From the IMG/VR virus record IMGVR_UViG_3300035670_000121, positions 1 to 64,000 of that record: 64,000 nt of DNA. One strand, 5' to 3'. The stretch comes from a virus (lineage: Duplodnaviria > Caudoviricetes). Numbering within the stretch: position 1 is the stretch's first letter; every line of letters begins with the position of its first letter. Position numbers and translations under genes: made by a program. Below, piece after piece: positions 20,483 through 30,714 of this stretch. A model generated the notes under the pieces. The model was not told the DNA's origin and searched no databases. It saw only the letters and a list, made by a program, of their open reading frames with translations.

Positions 20483-21538
20483 ATGAGTAAAAATATTTTA
20501 ATCACAGGCGTTACTGGACAAGATGGCGCAAACATGGTTGAGTATCTTTTGAAAAATACTAACCATAAAATTTTTGGAATGATACGCAGATCTTCCAATA
20601 TTAATTTATCTAACTGTCAGGTATTTAAAAATGAACCAAGATTTCAGTTTGAATACGGTGATTTATCTGATTCACAAAGCATCAATAATATTATAAGAAA
20701 AGTAGATCCTGATTATTTTATTAATTTTGCAGCGAACAGTTTTGTTGGTTGTAGCTGGCAAATGCCAGAACAAATGTTTGATATAAATAGTTTAGGAGTA
20801 TTAAGGTGTTTAGAAGCAATTAAAAATCTTAAACCTTCTTGTAGATTTTATTCTGCTGGATCTAGCGAAGAGTGGGGAAATGTAGAATATAGCCCTCAAG
20901 ACATGAAGCATCCTTTGAAGCCTAGAAGTCCATATGGAGCAAGCAAAGCTTCAGCAAGGCATATAGTTAAAGTATATAGAGAATCATATAATTTATATGC
21001 TGTACATGGTATTTTATTTAATCATGAAGGAACTAAAAGAGGAGAAGAGTTTGTCACTCGAAAAATAACAAAAGGAGTTGCGAGAATTTATCATGCAATT
21101 AAGAATTCACAAATCTTTCAACCTATTGAATTAGGTAATTTAGACGCTAGAAGAGATTGGAGTGACAGTGAAGATTTTGTTGATGGTGTTTGGAAAATGT
21201 TAAATCAAGAATCGCCAAAAGATTATATATTAGCTAGTGATGAAACCCATTCAATACGAGAGTTTGTTGAGAAAGCTTTTAATTATGCTAATGTTGAAGG
21301 ATATTGGCACGGCAACGGAGTTGATGAAAAATATTATATTCATGATAGATATTTAGAAGATAAACAAGTTGAATCGCCTTGTTTAGTTAAAATAAATCCA
21401 AAATTTTATAGACCCGCTGAAGTTGAATTATTATTAGGAGATTCAAAAATAGCTAGAAAAGAATTAGATTGGGAACCAAAAATTTCATTTGACAAACTGG
21501 TCGAAAAAATGGTACGCTTTGACATAGATAATTTTTAA
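20483..21538 (+). CDS. gmd: GDP-mannose 4,6-dehydratase
   Basis: ITGVTGQDG; SPYGASK; LFNHE; FVTRKIT; RPAEVELLLGD. Confidence 0.95.
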   Translation: MSKNILITGVTGQDGANMVEYLLKNTNHKIFGMIRRSSNINLSNCQVFKNEPRFQFEYGDLSDSQSINNIIRKVDPDYFINFAANSFVGCSWQMPEQMFDINSLGVLRCLEAIKNLKPSCRFYSAGSSEEWGNVEYSPQDMKHPLKPRSPYGASKASARHIVKVYRESYNLYAVHGILFNHEGTKRGEEFVTRKITKGVARIYHAIKNSQIFQPIELGNLDARRDWSDSEDFVDGVWKMLNQESPKDYILASDETHSIREFVEKAFNYANVEGYWHGNGVDEKYYIHDRYLEDKQVESPCLVKINPKFYRPAEVELLLGDSKIARKELDWEPKISFDKLVEKMVRFDIDNF

Positions 21539-21562
21539 AATTAGTGTATAATTGTTTTTATC

Positions 21563-23542
21563 ATGAGCGACTTAAACATTCTTTCTGAATCCTTTCTTTC
21601 CAAATATAAAAATAAGCAGCCCAACTGGGGTTTTAATGGTCTTGGTTATATAGTATATAAAAGAACTTATGCTCGATTAAAAGATGATGGCAATACTGAA
21701 GAATGGTGGGAAACAGTCGCTCGCTGTATTAATGGTGCTCAAAAAATCGGCGCTCAATATTCTCAAGAAGAAGCTGAACGTATTTATGATTATGTTTTTA
21801 ATCTAAAGTGTAATTTTGCTGGTAGAATGCTTTGGCAGCTTGGGACATCAACTGTTGATCGATTTGGAGCTAATTCTCTTCTTAATTGCTGGGCAACAGC
21901 AATGCGTGAACCAAAAGCGTTTCTTTTTCTTTTTGAAAATCTAATGCTCGGTGGTGGTGTAGGTTATAGTATTCGTCGCGAAGATGTTCATGAGCTTCCT
22001 AAGATCAAGAAGGGAGTTGTTGTTTCTCATGAAGCTACTAAAGATGCAGATTTTATTGTTCCTGATTCACGAGAGGGTTGGGTTAAGTTGCTAGCTAATG
22101 TTCTTGATGCTTTTTATGTAAATGGAAAGTCTTTTACATATTCTACTATTTTAATTCGTGGTTATGGAGAACTCATCAGAGGATTCGGCGGAAAAGCAAG
22201 TGGACCACAAATTCTCATTGATGGAATTGAAAAGATCACAAAGATTTTCCAGAGTAGAGAAGGTAAAAAACTTCGTTCTATTGATGTACTTGATATTTGC
22301 AATATTATTGGAAGTGTTGTGGTTGCTGGTAATGTAAGACGTTCAGCAGAAATCGCTCTTGGAGATCCTGACGATATTTTATATCTTCGCGCTAAAAACT
22401 GGAGTTCTGGTAACGTTCCAAATTGGAGAGCAATGAGCAACAATACTATCTATGCCGATAATTTCGACCATATCATGGAAGAAGTATGGAAGAATGGATA
22501 TGAAATAAACAAGCAAACAGGATATGCTAATGGTGAGCCTTATGGTTTATTTAATCTTCCTCTTTCTCAAAAATATGGTCGTATTGTTGATGGCCCTATT
22601 AGCGAATCAAAATTGTATCCAACAGATGTAGATAATTGTGAAATGACTAATCCTTGTGCTGAAATTAGTCTTTCAAATTATGAATGTTGTAATCTTTGTG
22701 AATTGTATTTAAATAATATTCAATCAAAAGAAGAACTAATTGACTGCGCAAAACTACTTTATAAAACACAAAAAGCTATCGCTGCACTTCCGTTTATTCA
22801 TGAAGAAACAAATCGTATCGTTCACAAAAACATGCGTCTCGGTCTTGGCGTTACTGGTGTTTGCCAGTCTCTTGATAAGCTCGATTGGCTTAATGATTGT
22901 TATGTTGCTTTGCGTAAGTTTGATAAGCAATGGAGTAAGGAAAGAGGATGGCCCGAAAGCATCAAGCTTACCACAGTTAAGCCCAGCGGAACTTTGAGTT
23001 TGCTTGGTGGAGCTACTCCGGGTGTTCATCCTGCATATAGCCAGTATTATATGCGCACTGTTCGCATGTCTAGCTCTGATGCTCTTGTTCAAATCTGCAA
23101 AGACATGGGATATCATGTTGAGTATTTAATTAATTTTGACGGTACAGAAAACCATGATACCGTTGTTGTTTATTTTCCATGTGAAACTCCAGCAGGATCA
23201 ATTCTTGCAAAAGACATGGATGTAATTAAGCAGCTCGACATGGTTAAGAAGCTTCAAACTGTTTGGTCTGATAACGCCGTATCAGTTACTGCATATTATA
23301 AGGAAGAAGAACTTGCCGCTCTACAAAACTGGCTAAAAGATAACTATGAAAAGAATATCAAGAGCGTTAGTTTCTTATTATTTAAAAATCACGGCTTTAA
23401 GCAAGCTCCATATCAAGAAATTGACGAAAAGTCATATCTAGCCGCTAAAGCTAAAGTTAAGCCATTAAGTGCTTTATCTATCAATTCTAATGAAATGTTA
23501 GATATGGCAGAATGTGCAGCAGGAATATGTCCTATTAGATAA
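21563..23542 (+). CDS. nrdJ: Class II (B12-dependent) ribonucleotide reductase, monomeric RTPR type
   Basis: GNVRRSAEI; TNPCAEI; TTVKPSGT; C-terminal CAAGICPIR. Confidence 0.9.
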   Translation: MSDLNILSESFLSKYKNKQPNWGFNGLGYIVYKRTYARLKDDGNTEEWWETVARCINGAQKIGAQYSQEEAERIYDYVFNLKCNFAGRMLWQLGTSTVDRFGANSLLNCWATAMREPKAFLFLFENLMLGGGVGYSIRREDVHELPKIKKGVVVSHEATKDADFIVPDSREGWVKLLANVLDAFYVNGKSFTYSTILIRGYGELIRGFGGKASGPQILIDGIEKITKIFQSREGKKLRSIDVLDICNIIGSVVVAGNVRRSAEIALGDPDDILYLRAKNWSSGNVPNWRAMSNNTIYADNFDHIMEEVWKNGYEINKQTGYANGEPYGLFNLPLSQKYGRIVDGPISESKLYPTDVDNCEMTNPCAEISLSNYECCNLCELYLNNIQSKEELIDCAKLLYKTQKAIAALPFIHEETNRIVHKNMRLGLGVTGVCQSLDKLDWLNDCYVALRKFDKQWSKERGWPESIKLTTVKPSGTLSLLGGATPGVHPAYSQYYMRTVRMSSSDALVQICKDMGYHVEYLINFDGTENHDTVVVYFPCETPAGSILAKDMDVIKQLDMVKKLQTVWSDNAVSVTAYYKEEELAALQNWLKDNYEKNIKSVSFLLFKNHGFKQAPYQEIDEKSYLAAKAKVKPLSALSINSNEMLDMAECAAGICPIR

Positions 23543-23546
23543 CCAA

Positions 23547-23576
23547 AGAGCCGCCGAAAGGCGGCTTTAATTTTTT
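23547..23576 (+). terminator. Intrinsic terminator
   Basis: AGAGCCGCC-GAAA-GGCGGCTTT followed by a T-rich tail. Confidence 0.8.
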
Positions 23577-23610
23577 CTAGGTATTGCTATTATAGTGTAT
23601 AAATCTTTAT

Positions 23611-24084
23611 ATGGATATAGTAGTAGATTTATCTAATTTGATTGCTAAAAAAAGACAAGGGCCTAAAAGCTCTGCTCAAACTCCAGCTAAATCTGAAGAA
23701 AAGAAAAAAGGTTCTAAAATAAATGAACCTGGTTCTGCTGGAACAACTCCTGATGCTAAAGAAAGAGCTAAAGAAGTATTAAAAAGAAAAGATGAGAAAC
23801 AATTAGTAAGCAAAGCTGAAATTACATTTAGTGAAAAAGTAACTAATGCATTAAAAGAAAAAGTTAAAAATCATAATGCTAAACATTCAAAAAAAGTAAC
23901 TTTATCACAGTTAAAAAAAGTTTACAGAAGAGGATTAGGAGCATTTAGTTCTAGTCATCGCCCCGGAAAATCTAGAGCACAATGGGCTATGGCAAGGGTA
24001 AATACGTTTTTAAGAATGCAAGGTGGCGGTAAAGTAAAAGACGCTTATCGTCGCGCAGATCAAGATATCGCAAACAGTAAATAA
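23611..24084 (+). CDS. Basic phage protein (DUF5824-like)
   Basis: LKKVYRRGLGAFSSSHRPG..QWAMARVN; GTGTA at 23595. Confidence 0.6.
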   Translation: MDIVVDLSNLIAKKRQGPKSSAQTPAKSEEKKKGSKINEPGSAGTTPDAKERAKEVLKRKDEKQLVSKAEITFSEKVTNALKEKVKNHNAKHSKKVTLSQLKKVYRRGLGAFSSSHRPGKSRAQWAMARVNTFLRMQGGGKVKDAYRRADQDIANSK

Positions 24085-24087
24085 TTT

Positions 24088-24312
24088 ATGAAATACACAA
24101 CAACAGCAACATCTGGCCCCGGATCAGGACCAACAACCGGACCAGTTAAACCCAAAACCACAACAAAACCTAGTACAACAACAGGTCCCGCAACTGGCCC
24201 CGGATCAGGACCAACAACTGGGCCATCCAAATCCAAAACCACAACAAAACCTAGTACAACAACAGGTCCTGCAACAGGCCCAAATAGTACAACTGGCCCC
24301 AAAAAGAAGTAA
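24088..24312 (+). CDS. Thr/Pro/Gly/Lys-rich mucin-like mini-protein with an 81-bp duplication
   Basis: GGCCCCGGATCAGGACCAACAAC at 24115 and 24196. Confidence 0.6.
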   Translation: MKYTTTATSGPGSGPTTGPVKPKTTTKPSTTTGPATGPGSGPTTGPSKSKTTTKPSTTTGPATGPNSTTGPKKK

Positions 24313-24314
24313 TC

Positions 24315-24452
24315 ATGAATGATAAAGTTGTAGATATTTATCATTTTGATGATTTTGATGAAGAAGATTTTGCGGCAGCTTTTTCTGATTTAAAAGAATT
24401 TGGTGTAAATGATGATGAATTAAATTTAAATTATATAGAAGTAGAGGAATAA
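24315..24452 (+). CDS. Small acidic protein (45 aa), not in the ORF track
   Basis: MNDKVVDIYHFDDFDEEDFAAAFSDLKEFG...; fills the gap exactly. Confidence 0.55.
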   Translation: MNDKVVDIYHFDDFDEEDFAAAFSDLKEFGVNDDELNLNYIEVEE

Positions 24453-24818
24453 ATGAATATCGTAACTAAACTTCTAACATATCAAAATCAAGTTAAAATT
24501 TTGCATTGGCAAACAACGTCATACTCTGAACATAAATCATTAGGTGATTTATATGACGGCCTTTCTGAACATATCGATCAATTTGTTGAAGTGTTTATGG
24601 GTAAATATGGTAGAATTGTAAGCCCATCAACATTTCATTTAATTCTCGAAAATTATAAAAATTTAGGTCCAATGTCCCTCATGAATGAGATGGAAACGTA
24701 TTTGGTAAACGATGTGCCAACAATGTTAGACGCTAAGAAAGATACTGACTTGTTAAATATTAGAGATGAAATGTTAGCTGATGTAAATAAAACCAAGTAT
24801 CTATTAACTTTAAAGTAA
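24453..24818 (+). CDS. Ferritin-like/Dps-like phage protein
   Basis: LHWQTTSYSEHKSLGDLYD..IDQFVE; YLLTLK C-terminus. Confidence 0.75.
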   Translation: MNIVTKLLTYQNQVKILHWQTTSYSEHKSLGDLYDGLSEHIDQFVEVFMGKYGRIVSPSTFHLILENYKNLGPMSLMNEMETYLVNDVPTMLDAKKDTDLLNIRDEMLADVNKTKYLLTLK

Positions 24819-25403
24819 TTTATAATTGGGATATTTCTTAGATAAAGCTTTTGCTAAAATAGCATGATGATTAGAGTTATGTTCTAAAGCTGCATGTCTG
24901 AGTGAGTTATAAACAACTCCATCTATTTCAATTTTTGTACCTCTTGTTTGGCTCATCTTAAGTTTGGTTTCATTTGAATGAGTTAAACCAAACATTGGAC
25001 CATTTGGATATTTTGTTTTGGCATTTTTTCTTCTTTTGTCTTTTAAATTTTTACAACAAGCAGCTTTTCTTGTGTTTTCGAGTTGCTTTTTTCTTATTTG
25101 TTCCTTAAAAGGATGATTAGAAATCATATCTCCACCAGAAGCGTTTTTATTAATATTAAAAGCAGGTTTAAGCGTGTCTAAATAATATTGTTCTTTTTTC
25201 TTAACGTCGTCACATAATTCTATTATTTCTAACCATAAAGTTTCTTCACCATATTTATTGAAATGTTGCTGCAACCAATAGTTTGAATGATTATTGTTTT
25301 TTAATTGAGACAAATGCCTATTCCATCTTTTTTTAATATTGATAGAACTTCCTATATAAAAATCATTATTGATTTTGTTTTTTATTTTATAAACGCCTTT
25401 CAT
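24810..25403 (-). CDS. Free-standing GIY-YIG homing endonuclease with NUMOD3-like motif
   Basis: GVYKIKN..FYIGSS; PMFGLTHSNETKLKMS. Confidence 0.85.
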   Translation of the reverse strand: MKGVYKIKNKINNDFYIGSSINIKKRWNRHLSQLKNNNHSNYWLQQHFNKYGEETLWLEIIELCDDVKKKEQYYLDTLKPAFNINKNASGGDMISNHPFKEQIRKKQLENTRKAACCKNLKDKRRKNAKTKYPNGPMFGLTHSNETKLKMSQTRGTKIEIDGVVYNSLRHAALEHNSNHHAILAKALSKKYPNYKLL

Positions 25404-25468
25404 ATTTTATTTTTACACGAAGATGCAAAATATGGGATTTCACTTTTTCAAAAAAAGTGTAATAATAT

Positions 25469-26338
25469 ATGTTAATGAATGTATATATTAATTTAAGCTC
25501 TGAAATACAAGGAGCAAAATTAAAAAAAGTATTAAATAAACCTTTTCGTACTCCCAAAGGACCGAAAAAATTTTCTGTTTATGTCAAAAATGACAAAGGA
25601 AATGTTGTTAAAGTAAATTTTGGTGATCCTAATATGGAAATCAAACGCGACGATCCGGCTCGTCGTAAGAGTTTTCGCGCTCGTCATCAATGCGACACAA
25701 ATCCTGGACCTCGATGGAAAGCAAAATACTGGAGCTGTAAATTTTGGCAAAGCAAAAAATCTGTTTCTGATTATCTTTCAAACGGTTGCATCAATGATAT
25801 TATTCATCAATGGGATGGCGAAACATTATGGGATCAAGAAGATTTATTGAAATTGATGCCATCTTTGGCTCAAGCTCCTGAAATAACAGAAGAAATAGAA
25901 GAAAATAATTCTGAATTGATTGAAGAAAGTTATGAAATGGCTTTAGGTCAATTAGCTTATATTTCAGACTATTCAAAAGATTTACTTGAAAAACTCAGAG
26001 CAAATCCATCATATGCTTCTAAATTAGAACCTTGGGTACAAAGCAAAATTACATTAATGGAAGATTATTTATTTGCTGTACATAACTATATAATATATTC
26101 TCAAGAAGGTGGCCCACACGAAAACAAAAACATGCAAGAAGGTATGCGTGTTTTAAATGTTAATGCCAGCTGTAAACATTTTGGCAGTGAAGGCATCATT
26201 AAAGAAATTAAAAACTTAGACAACGACATGGGTCAAGTAATTGCATACGAAGTCACCAACAATGGATCTAATTTTAAAGAAGGTGATATTTTAACAAAAA
26301 CAATCGATCAATTAAATTTATTAGAAGGTACAAAATAA
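25469..26338 (+). CDS. Conserved phage (likely head-associated) protein
   Basis: LNKPFRTPKGPKKFSVYV..FRARHQC; LEPWVQSKIT; GTGTA at 25457. Confidence 0.6.
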   Translation: MLMNVYINLSSEIQGAKLKKVLNKPFRTPKGPKKFSVYVKNDKGNVVKVNFGDPNMEIKRDDPARRKSFRARHQCDTNPGPRWKAKYWSCKFWQSKKSVSDYLSNGCINDIIHQWDGETLWDQEDLLKLMPSLAQAPEITEEIEENNSELIEESYEMALGQLAYISDYSKDLLEKLRANPSYASKLEPWVQSKITLMEDYLFAVHNYIIYSQEGGPHENKNMQEGMRVLNVNASCKHFGSEGIIKEIKNLDNDMGQVIAYEVTNNGSNFKEGDILTKTIDQLNLLEGTK

Positions 26339-26959
26339 ATGAAAGCAAATTTAAAATTTAACAATAAACAGTTTATCGCAGAAGTTTCACTTTCAAATGT
26401 TTTAGAAACAGATGAAAATGAAATTCATAGTGCATATATGAGCGAATGCATGATGAATGATGCCATGTTTGTTAATACCGCTGGCATGTCAACAAGTGAC
26501 GCTAAATATATGTGTGGTATGTCATACATGAAAAATCGTCCAATGCTGATGGAAGGCGCTGGCGAACTTAGCGAAAAACAAATGACATTACCAACAGCTA
26601 TTAAAAAAGGCATTTTAAAACGTTATGAAAAAGCTGGAACTCTTTCAGAGGAAGGCAAGAAACAATTAATGAGTTTAAGTTCAACAGTTGAAATCGAAGT
26701 TAAAGATGAAGAAGAGAATGAAAATGAATCTGGTGATGAAGGCGAAAATGGCGAAAATGGCGAAAAAGAAGACATGCAAGAAATGCAGGCCGAACCAACC
26801 GCAGTTTTCGTTCAAGATCCTGCTCCAGCAAGCGGTGAAATCACTCCAAAAGCTGCTGAAGAAGGTCTTAAAATAGACGAGAAGCTGCAAAAAGAACAAG
26901 AAGCTGCTGCTCCTAAAAACCCTCAGTTGCAAAGCCCCACATTTAATTCAAAACTTTAA
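26339..26959 (+). CDS. Acidic hypothetical protein
   Basis: ORF track. Confidence 0.6.
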   Translation: MKANLKFNNKQFIAEVSLSNVLETDENEIHSAYMSECMMNDAMFVNTAGMSTSDAKYMCGMSYMKNRPMLMEGAGELSEKQMTLPTAIKKGILKRYEKAGTLSEEGKKQLMSLSSTVEIEVKDEEENENESGDEGENGENGEKEDMQEMQAEPTAVFVQDPAPASGEITPKAAEEGLKIDEKLQKEQEAAAPKNPQLQSPTFNSKL

Positions 26960-26977
26960 TAACAATAAACAACATAC

Positions 26978-27004
26978 AACCGCTGGGAAACCAGCGGTTT
27001 TTTT
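26978..27004 (+). terminator. Intrinsic terminator
   Basis: AACCGCTGG-GAAA-CCAGCGGTT followed by a T run. Confidence 0.85.
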
Positions 27005-27009
27005 GTATC

Positions 27010-27038
27010 TTGACATCTTTACTGTTCTCTGTTATTGT
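27010..27038 (+). promoter_or_regulatory. Sigma70-type promoter of the replication operon
   Basis: TTGACA-N17-TATTGT; ATG 6 nt downstream. Confidence 0.65.
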
Positions 27039-27044
27039 TCTGTC

Positions 27045-27365
27045 ATGAATAAAAGACGGTTATTACAAAAACTGTTGTTTGCGCCTAATAAAAAGAATCC
27101 AAAATTCTGGCAGAAACAATATTCTTTATTAAATAAATTACTTAAAGATTTTCCCGATATGAAATTCTGGGAAACTCATGAGTTTGATAAAGTAAATTGT
27201 CTAACTTTATTTCTAGCCGAAAGAAAGTATGAAATAACAGATAAATATAAATGGTTCCTTTTTCAACCTGAATTTAAGAATCCAGAAATAAACATAGGCG
27301 ATAAAACGGGTGATGATTATAATATAGAAAGCAAACCAAAAACAATTAAGCAATTTTTAAAATGA
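27045..27365 (+). CDS. Hypothetical protein
   Basis: ATG 27045 after the promoter; overlaps the recA start. Confidence 0.65.
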   Translation: MNKRRLLQKLLFAPNKKNPKFWQKQYSLLNKLLKDFPDMKFWETHEFDKVNCLTLFLAERKYEITDKYKWFLFQPEFKNPEINIGDKTGDDYNIESKPKTIKQFLK

Positions 27366-28537
27366 GTAGAAAATCAAAAGACGAATCAACTGAAGCAGGA
27401 AGTATATTAACTTCTCAAGAACAGCTTAAAAGCTTTCTTAAGCAGAATAAAGAGTCGCATTATAATTTTGAAGAAACTATAGATTATCGCGTATCTAGCG
27501 GTAGTTTAATTTTTGACTATAAACTAGGTGGCGGTTTAGGCACTGGATTGCATCGTTTTGTAGGTATGAACGAAGGCGGCAAGACTAGTTGCGCTTTACA
27601 ATTCATGAAGAATTTTCTAGATACTCAAAAAGACGGTAAAGGTTTTTATATTAAAGCCGAAGGACGATTGAGTAAGGAAATGATTGAAAGGTCTGGTGTT
27701 AAGTTTGTTTTTTCAGAAGATGAATGGGTAAAAGGTACTTGTTTTGTATTTGAATCTAATATTTATGAAACTGTATTTGATGCGCTCAGACTTCTAGTTG
27801 GTAAAAATGATGAAAAGAATAGGTATTTCTTTTTGTTAGATTCTGTAGATGGTCTTATCAGAAAAGGCGATTTAGATAAGACTTTTGAAGAATCTCAAAA
27901 GGTTGCTGGTGGAGCCGTTATTGCCGCTGACTTAATGAAGCGCATGTCTATTTCGCTTCAAAAGCGTGGGCATATATGCATATTTATTTCACAGGTTCGT
28001 GCAGATATCAAGCTAGATCCATATAGCAAAGCTCCAATTCGTCAAACCAGCGCGACTGGCGGTAATGCACTATTGCATTTTGCGAATTGGATTATTGAAT
28101 TCGAACCTCGTTTTAAAGGCGATCTAATTCTACAAGATGAAAAAGCTAACTATGATGAATATAAGAATCCTTATATTGGTCATGTTGTAAAAATAACAGT
28201 TAAAAAGTCAACTAACGAAAAGACAAATTCTGTTATCAAATATCCAATTAGATACGGTCGCAAAAACGGAACATCAAATTGGATAGAAAAGGAGATATTT
28301 GATTTTCTATTAATGTGGAATTTTGCTGAACAAAAAGGAGCTTGGATAAATTTCGAAGAAGACTTTTTAAACATTCTTAAGGATGCAGGTTTTACAGATT
28401 TTCCTGAAAAGATTCAAGGGTCTGCAAAATTTGAAAATCTAATGAATGATAATGAAGCTTTGAAGAAGTTTTTGTTTAAATATATCAGTGAAAATCTACT
28501 AAGCTTTGGCGATGGAATTTCTGACGCTGACCAATAA
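27362..28537 (+). CDS. recA: RecA/UvsX recombinase
   Basis: GMNEGGKTS; LLDSVDG; ISQVR; TGGNALLH. Confidence 0.85.
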   Translation: MSRKSKDESTEAGSILTSQEQLKSFLKQNKESHYNFEETIDYRVSSGSLIFDYKLGGGLGTGLHRFVGMNEGGKTSCALQFMKNFLDTQKDGKGFYIKAEGRLSKEMIERSGVKFVFSEDEWVKGTCFVFESNIYETVFDALRLLVGKNDEKNRYFFLLDSVDGLIRKGDLDKTFEESQKVAGGAVIAADLMKRMSISLQKRGHICIFISQVRADIKLDPYSKAPIRQTSATGGNALLHFANWIIEFEPRFKGDLILQDEKANYDEYKNPYIGHVVKITVKKSTNEKTNSVIKYPIRYGRKNGTSNWIEKEIFDFLLMWNFAEQKGAWINFEEDFLNILKDAGFTDFPEKIQGSAKFENLMNDNEALKKFLFKYISENLLSFGDGISDADQ

Positions 28538-28919
28538 AAAGAAACGATGTAAAAATCTTAAACGATATATCATAGATTGGGATATAGATAGCAGAAGTAA
28601 GTTCCAAACCAGTGTTAAAAAGTTTGTTAAAAAATACTGGTTTGGAAATATTGTTTTTGAAGAATTTCCAATTGTTGGTACTCGTTTAACATTAGATTTT
28701 TATAACGCTAATAAAAAAATTGCTATAGAAGTGCAAGGAAGACAACATACACAATATGTTGAGTTCTTTCATCAAGATCGTATTAATTATCTTCATCAAT
28801 TGAAAAGAGACCAGATAAAAGAGCGGTTTTGTGAACTAAATAATATAAAACTTGTAACTATTTACGAAAACGATATAATAAATACGTATCTATTTGAGTC
28901 TCAGGGTGTAATATTATAA
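28506..28919 (+). CDS. Vsr/DUF559-like endonuclease
   Basis: LDFYNANKKIAIEVQGRQH..RDQIK. Confidence 0.7.
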   Translation: MAMEFLTLTNKKKRCKNLKRYIIDWDIDSRSKFQTSVKKFVKKYWFGNIVFEEFPIVGTRLTLDFYNANKKIAIEVQGRQHTQYVEFFHQDRINYLHQLKRDQIKERFCELNNIKLVTIYENDIINTYLFESQGVIL

Positions 28920-28924
28920 TATAA

Positions 28925-29182
28925 ATGAAAAAACAACCGTCAGGTGAAGATTTTAAGAACTTTAAAATTCCAGATAATTATTTTAATAAATTATATGAGT
29001 TCACTGGATCTGATGAATCTTCTAAAGGGTTTATTGTTGCATACGTATCACAAGACGGTTGTCCTATGATTTATACAAAAGTTGCAAGTCCTCTTGTAGA
29101 AATGGGTTTAATTAAGGCTATAGAAAAATATTTAAACGAAATCGATAACGCTGAAGAATCTATTGACATGTCTGGAGATTGA
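28925..29182 (+). CDS. Hypothetical protein
   Basis: ORF track; GTGTA at 28906. Confidence 0.6.
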   Translation: MKKQPSGEDFKNFKIPDNYFNKLYEFTGSDESSKGFIVAYVSQDGCPMIYTKVASPLVEMGLIKAIEKYLNEIDNAEESIDMSGD

Positions 29183-29191
29183 GGCTATACT
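29163..29191 (+). promoter_or_regulatory. Sigma70-type promoter
   Basis: TTGACA-N17-TATACT; ATG at 29200. Confidence 0.75.
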
Positions 29192-29199
29192 GCTTCAAA

Positions 29200-30714
29200 A
29201 TGATATACTCTTACGATTTAGAGACGCAGTTGTTAGCTGGTTTGATTAAATATCCAGATCGATACAGTGAGATAGCTTCATTTATAACAGAAAAAGATTT
29301 TTGGAGTGAGAGTTCTAAAATCAACAGAACTATATTTTTAGTTTTACGCCAAGCAATTGAGAATGGAGAAAAAATTGATGAAGTTGTAATTTCTCAACGT
29401 GTTAAAAACTACGGTATTAGTTTTGAGGATAATATAAATCCCTCTGACTACATTGAGTCTCTATCACTTAAAAAGCTTTCTGCTGATTCTATTATTTCAG
29501 TAGCTAAAGAATTAAAGAAATATACTATTCGTCGAGAAATAGCTTTATGTGGTGCTGAAATAAATAAGAAGATGCGAGCTATATCAACTTCTGCTGATTA
29601 TAGCTCGATCATTGAAGAAGCTGATAAGCTATACAATCAACAAATTAATCTCTACGAAACTGGTACAGATCAGCCAGAAAATATTTTCGATGAGATGGAA
29701 CAATTGGTTGAAGAACGAGGAAACAATCCTGTTACAGAGTTTGGTTTTGCTGGTCCACATCCTAAGCTTCAGGATATGTATGGATCTTTATTGAGGCCCG
29801 GAAATATAACTGTCATAGTTGCTCGTTCTGGTGTTGGTAAAACTCAATTCTGTTTAGATTTTACCACTAAGGTTTCTGAACAATATTCTGTGCCTGTTCT
29901 TCATTTTGATAATGGAGAAATGAGTAAGGAAGAATTAATCTTTAGACAGTGCGCCGCAATGTCTAAGGTTCCGATGTATTTACTTGAAAGTGGAAATTGG
30001 AGAAAAGCTGGAACTGAAGTGGTGGAGAATGTTCGATCTGTCTGGAAAACTCTTAAGAACAGATATAAACATTTATATTACTATAATGTTGGTGGCATGA
30101 CTGTTGACGCTCAAATAAGCGTATTGAAAAGATTTTATTATTCTAAAATCGGTCGCGGTAATCCCATGATTTTTAGTTTCGATTATATTAAAACCACAAC
30201 AGAAGCTAATAGTAACAAAACTGAATGGCAGTTAGTTGGTGAAATGGTTGATAAATATAAAAGAACTATTCAAAGAGATATTAAATCTGACAAAGGTCCA
30301 TGCATTTCAATGATGACTTCTGTTCAGTCTAATCGTGCTGGTATCGTTACAAATAAACAAGCAGCAAATATTACAGATGATGAAAGCATTGTTTCGCTTT
30401 CTGATAGAATCACTCAGTTTTCATCGCACATGTTTATTCTTAGAAACAAAACATTCGATGAGCTACAAAGCGAACCGGGATTTGGAACTCATAAGCTAAT
30501 TAATGTAAAAGCTCGCCATCTAGGAAAAGATATTGCTGGCGCTATCAATCCAGTAAAAATGGCAGATAACACATTAAAAAAGAACTTCGTGAATCTTGAA
30601 ATTGCTAATTTCTGCGTTAACGAAAAAGGCGATTTACGTGACATTGTTGATTCTTTGACTGCAACAGCAACCGTAGCTAAAGATGGAGGTGATGATGTAC
30701 CAGAACTTGACTGA
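29200..30714 (+). CDS. dnaB: DnaB-like replicative helicase
   Basis: ARSGVGKT; NGEMS; FDYIK; QSNR. Confidence 0.9.
   Translation: MIYSYDLETQLLAGLIKYPDRYSEIASFITEKDFWSESSKINRTIFLVLRQAIENGEKIDEVVISQRVKNYGISFEDNINPSDYIESLSLKKLSADSIISVAKELKKYTIRREIALCGAEINKKMRAISTSADYSSIIEEADKLYNQQINLYETGTDQPENIFDEMEQLVEERGNNPVTEFGFAGPHPKLQDMYGSLLRPGNITVIVARSGVGKTQFCLDFTTKVSEQYSVPVLHFDNGEMSKEELIFRQCAAMSKVPMYLLESGNWRKAGTEVVENVRSVWKTLKNRYKHLYYYNVGGMTVDAQISVLKRFYYSKIGRGNPMIFSFDYIKTTTEANSNKTEWQLVGEMVDKYKRTIQRDIKSDKGPCISMMTSVQSNRAGIVTNKQAANITDDESIVSLSDRITQFSSHMFILRNKTFDELQSEPGFGTHKLINVKARHLGKDIAGAINPVKMADNTLKKNFVNLEIANFCVNEKGDLRDIVDSLTATATVAKDGGDDVPELD

Noticed and set aside
9978-21538. Sugar cluster as a bacterial O-antigen locus (host contamination)
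   Set aside because: No wzx/wzy/wzm genes; same AT-richness, gene overlaps and promoter style as the phage flanks.
24060-24344. Antisense Val/Gly/Pro-rich ORF
   Set aside because: Mirror of the Thr/Pro repeat gene; opposite to operon direction.
21563-30714. Inteins or introns in nrdJ, recA and dnaB
   Set aside because: Lengths and motifs are contiguous; no intein blocks seen.
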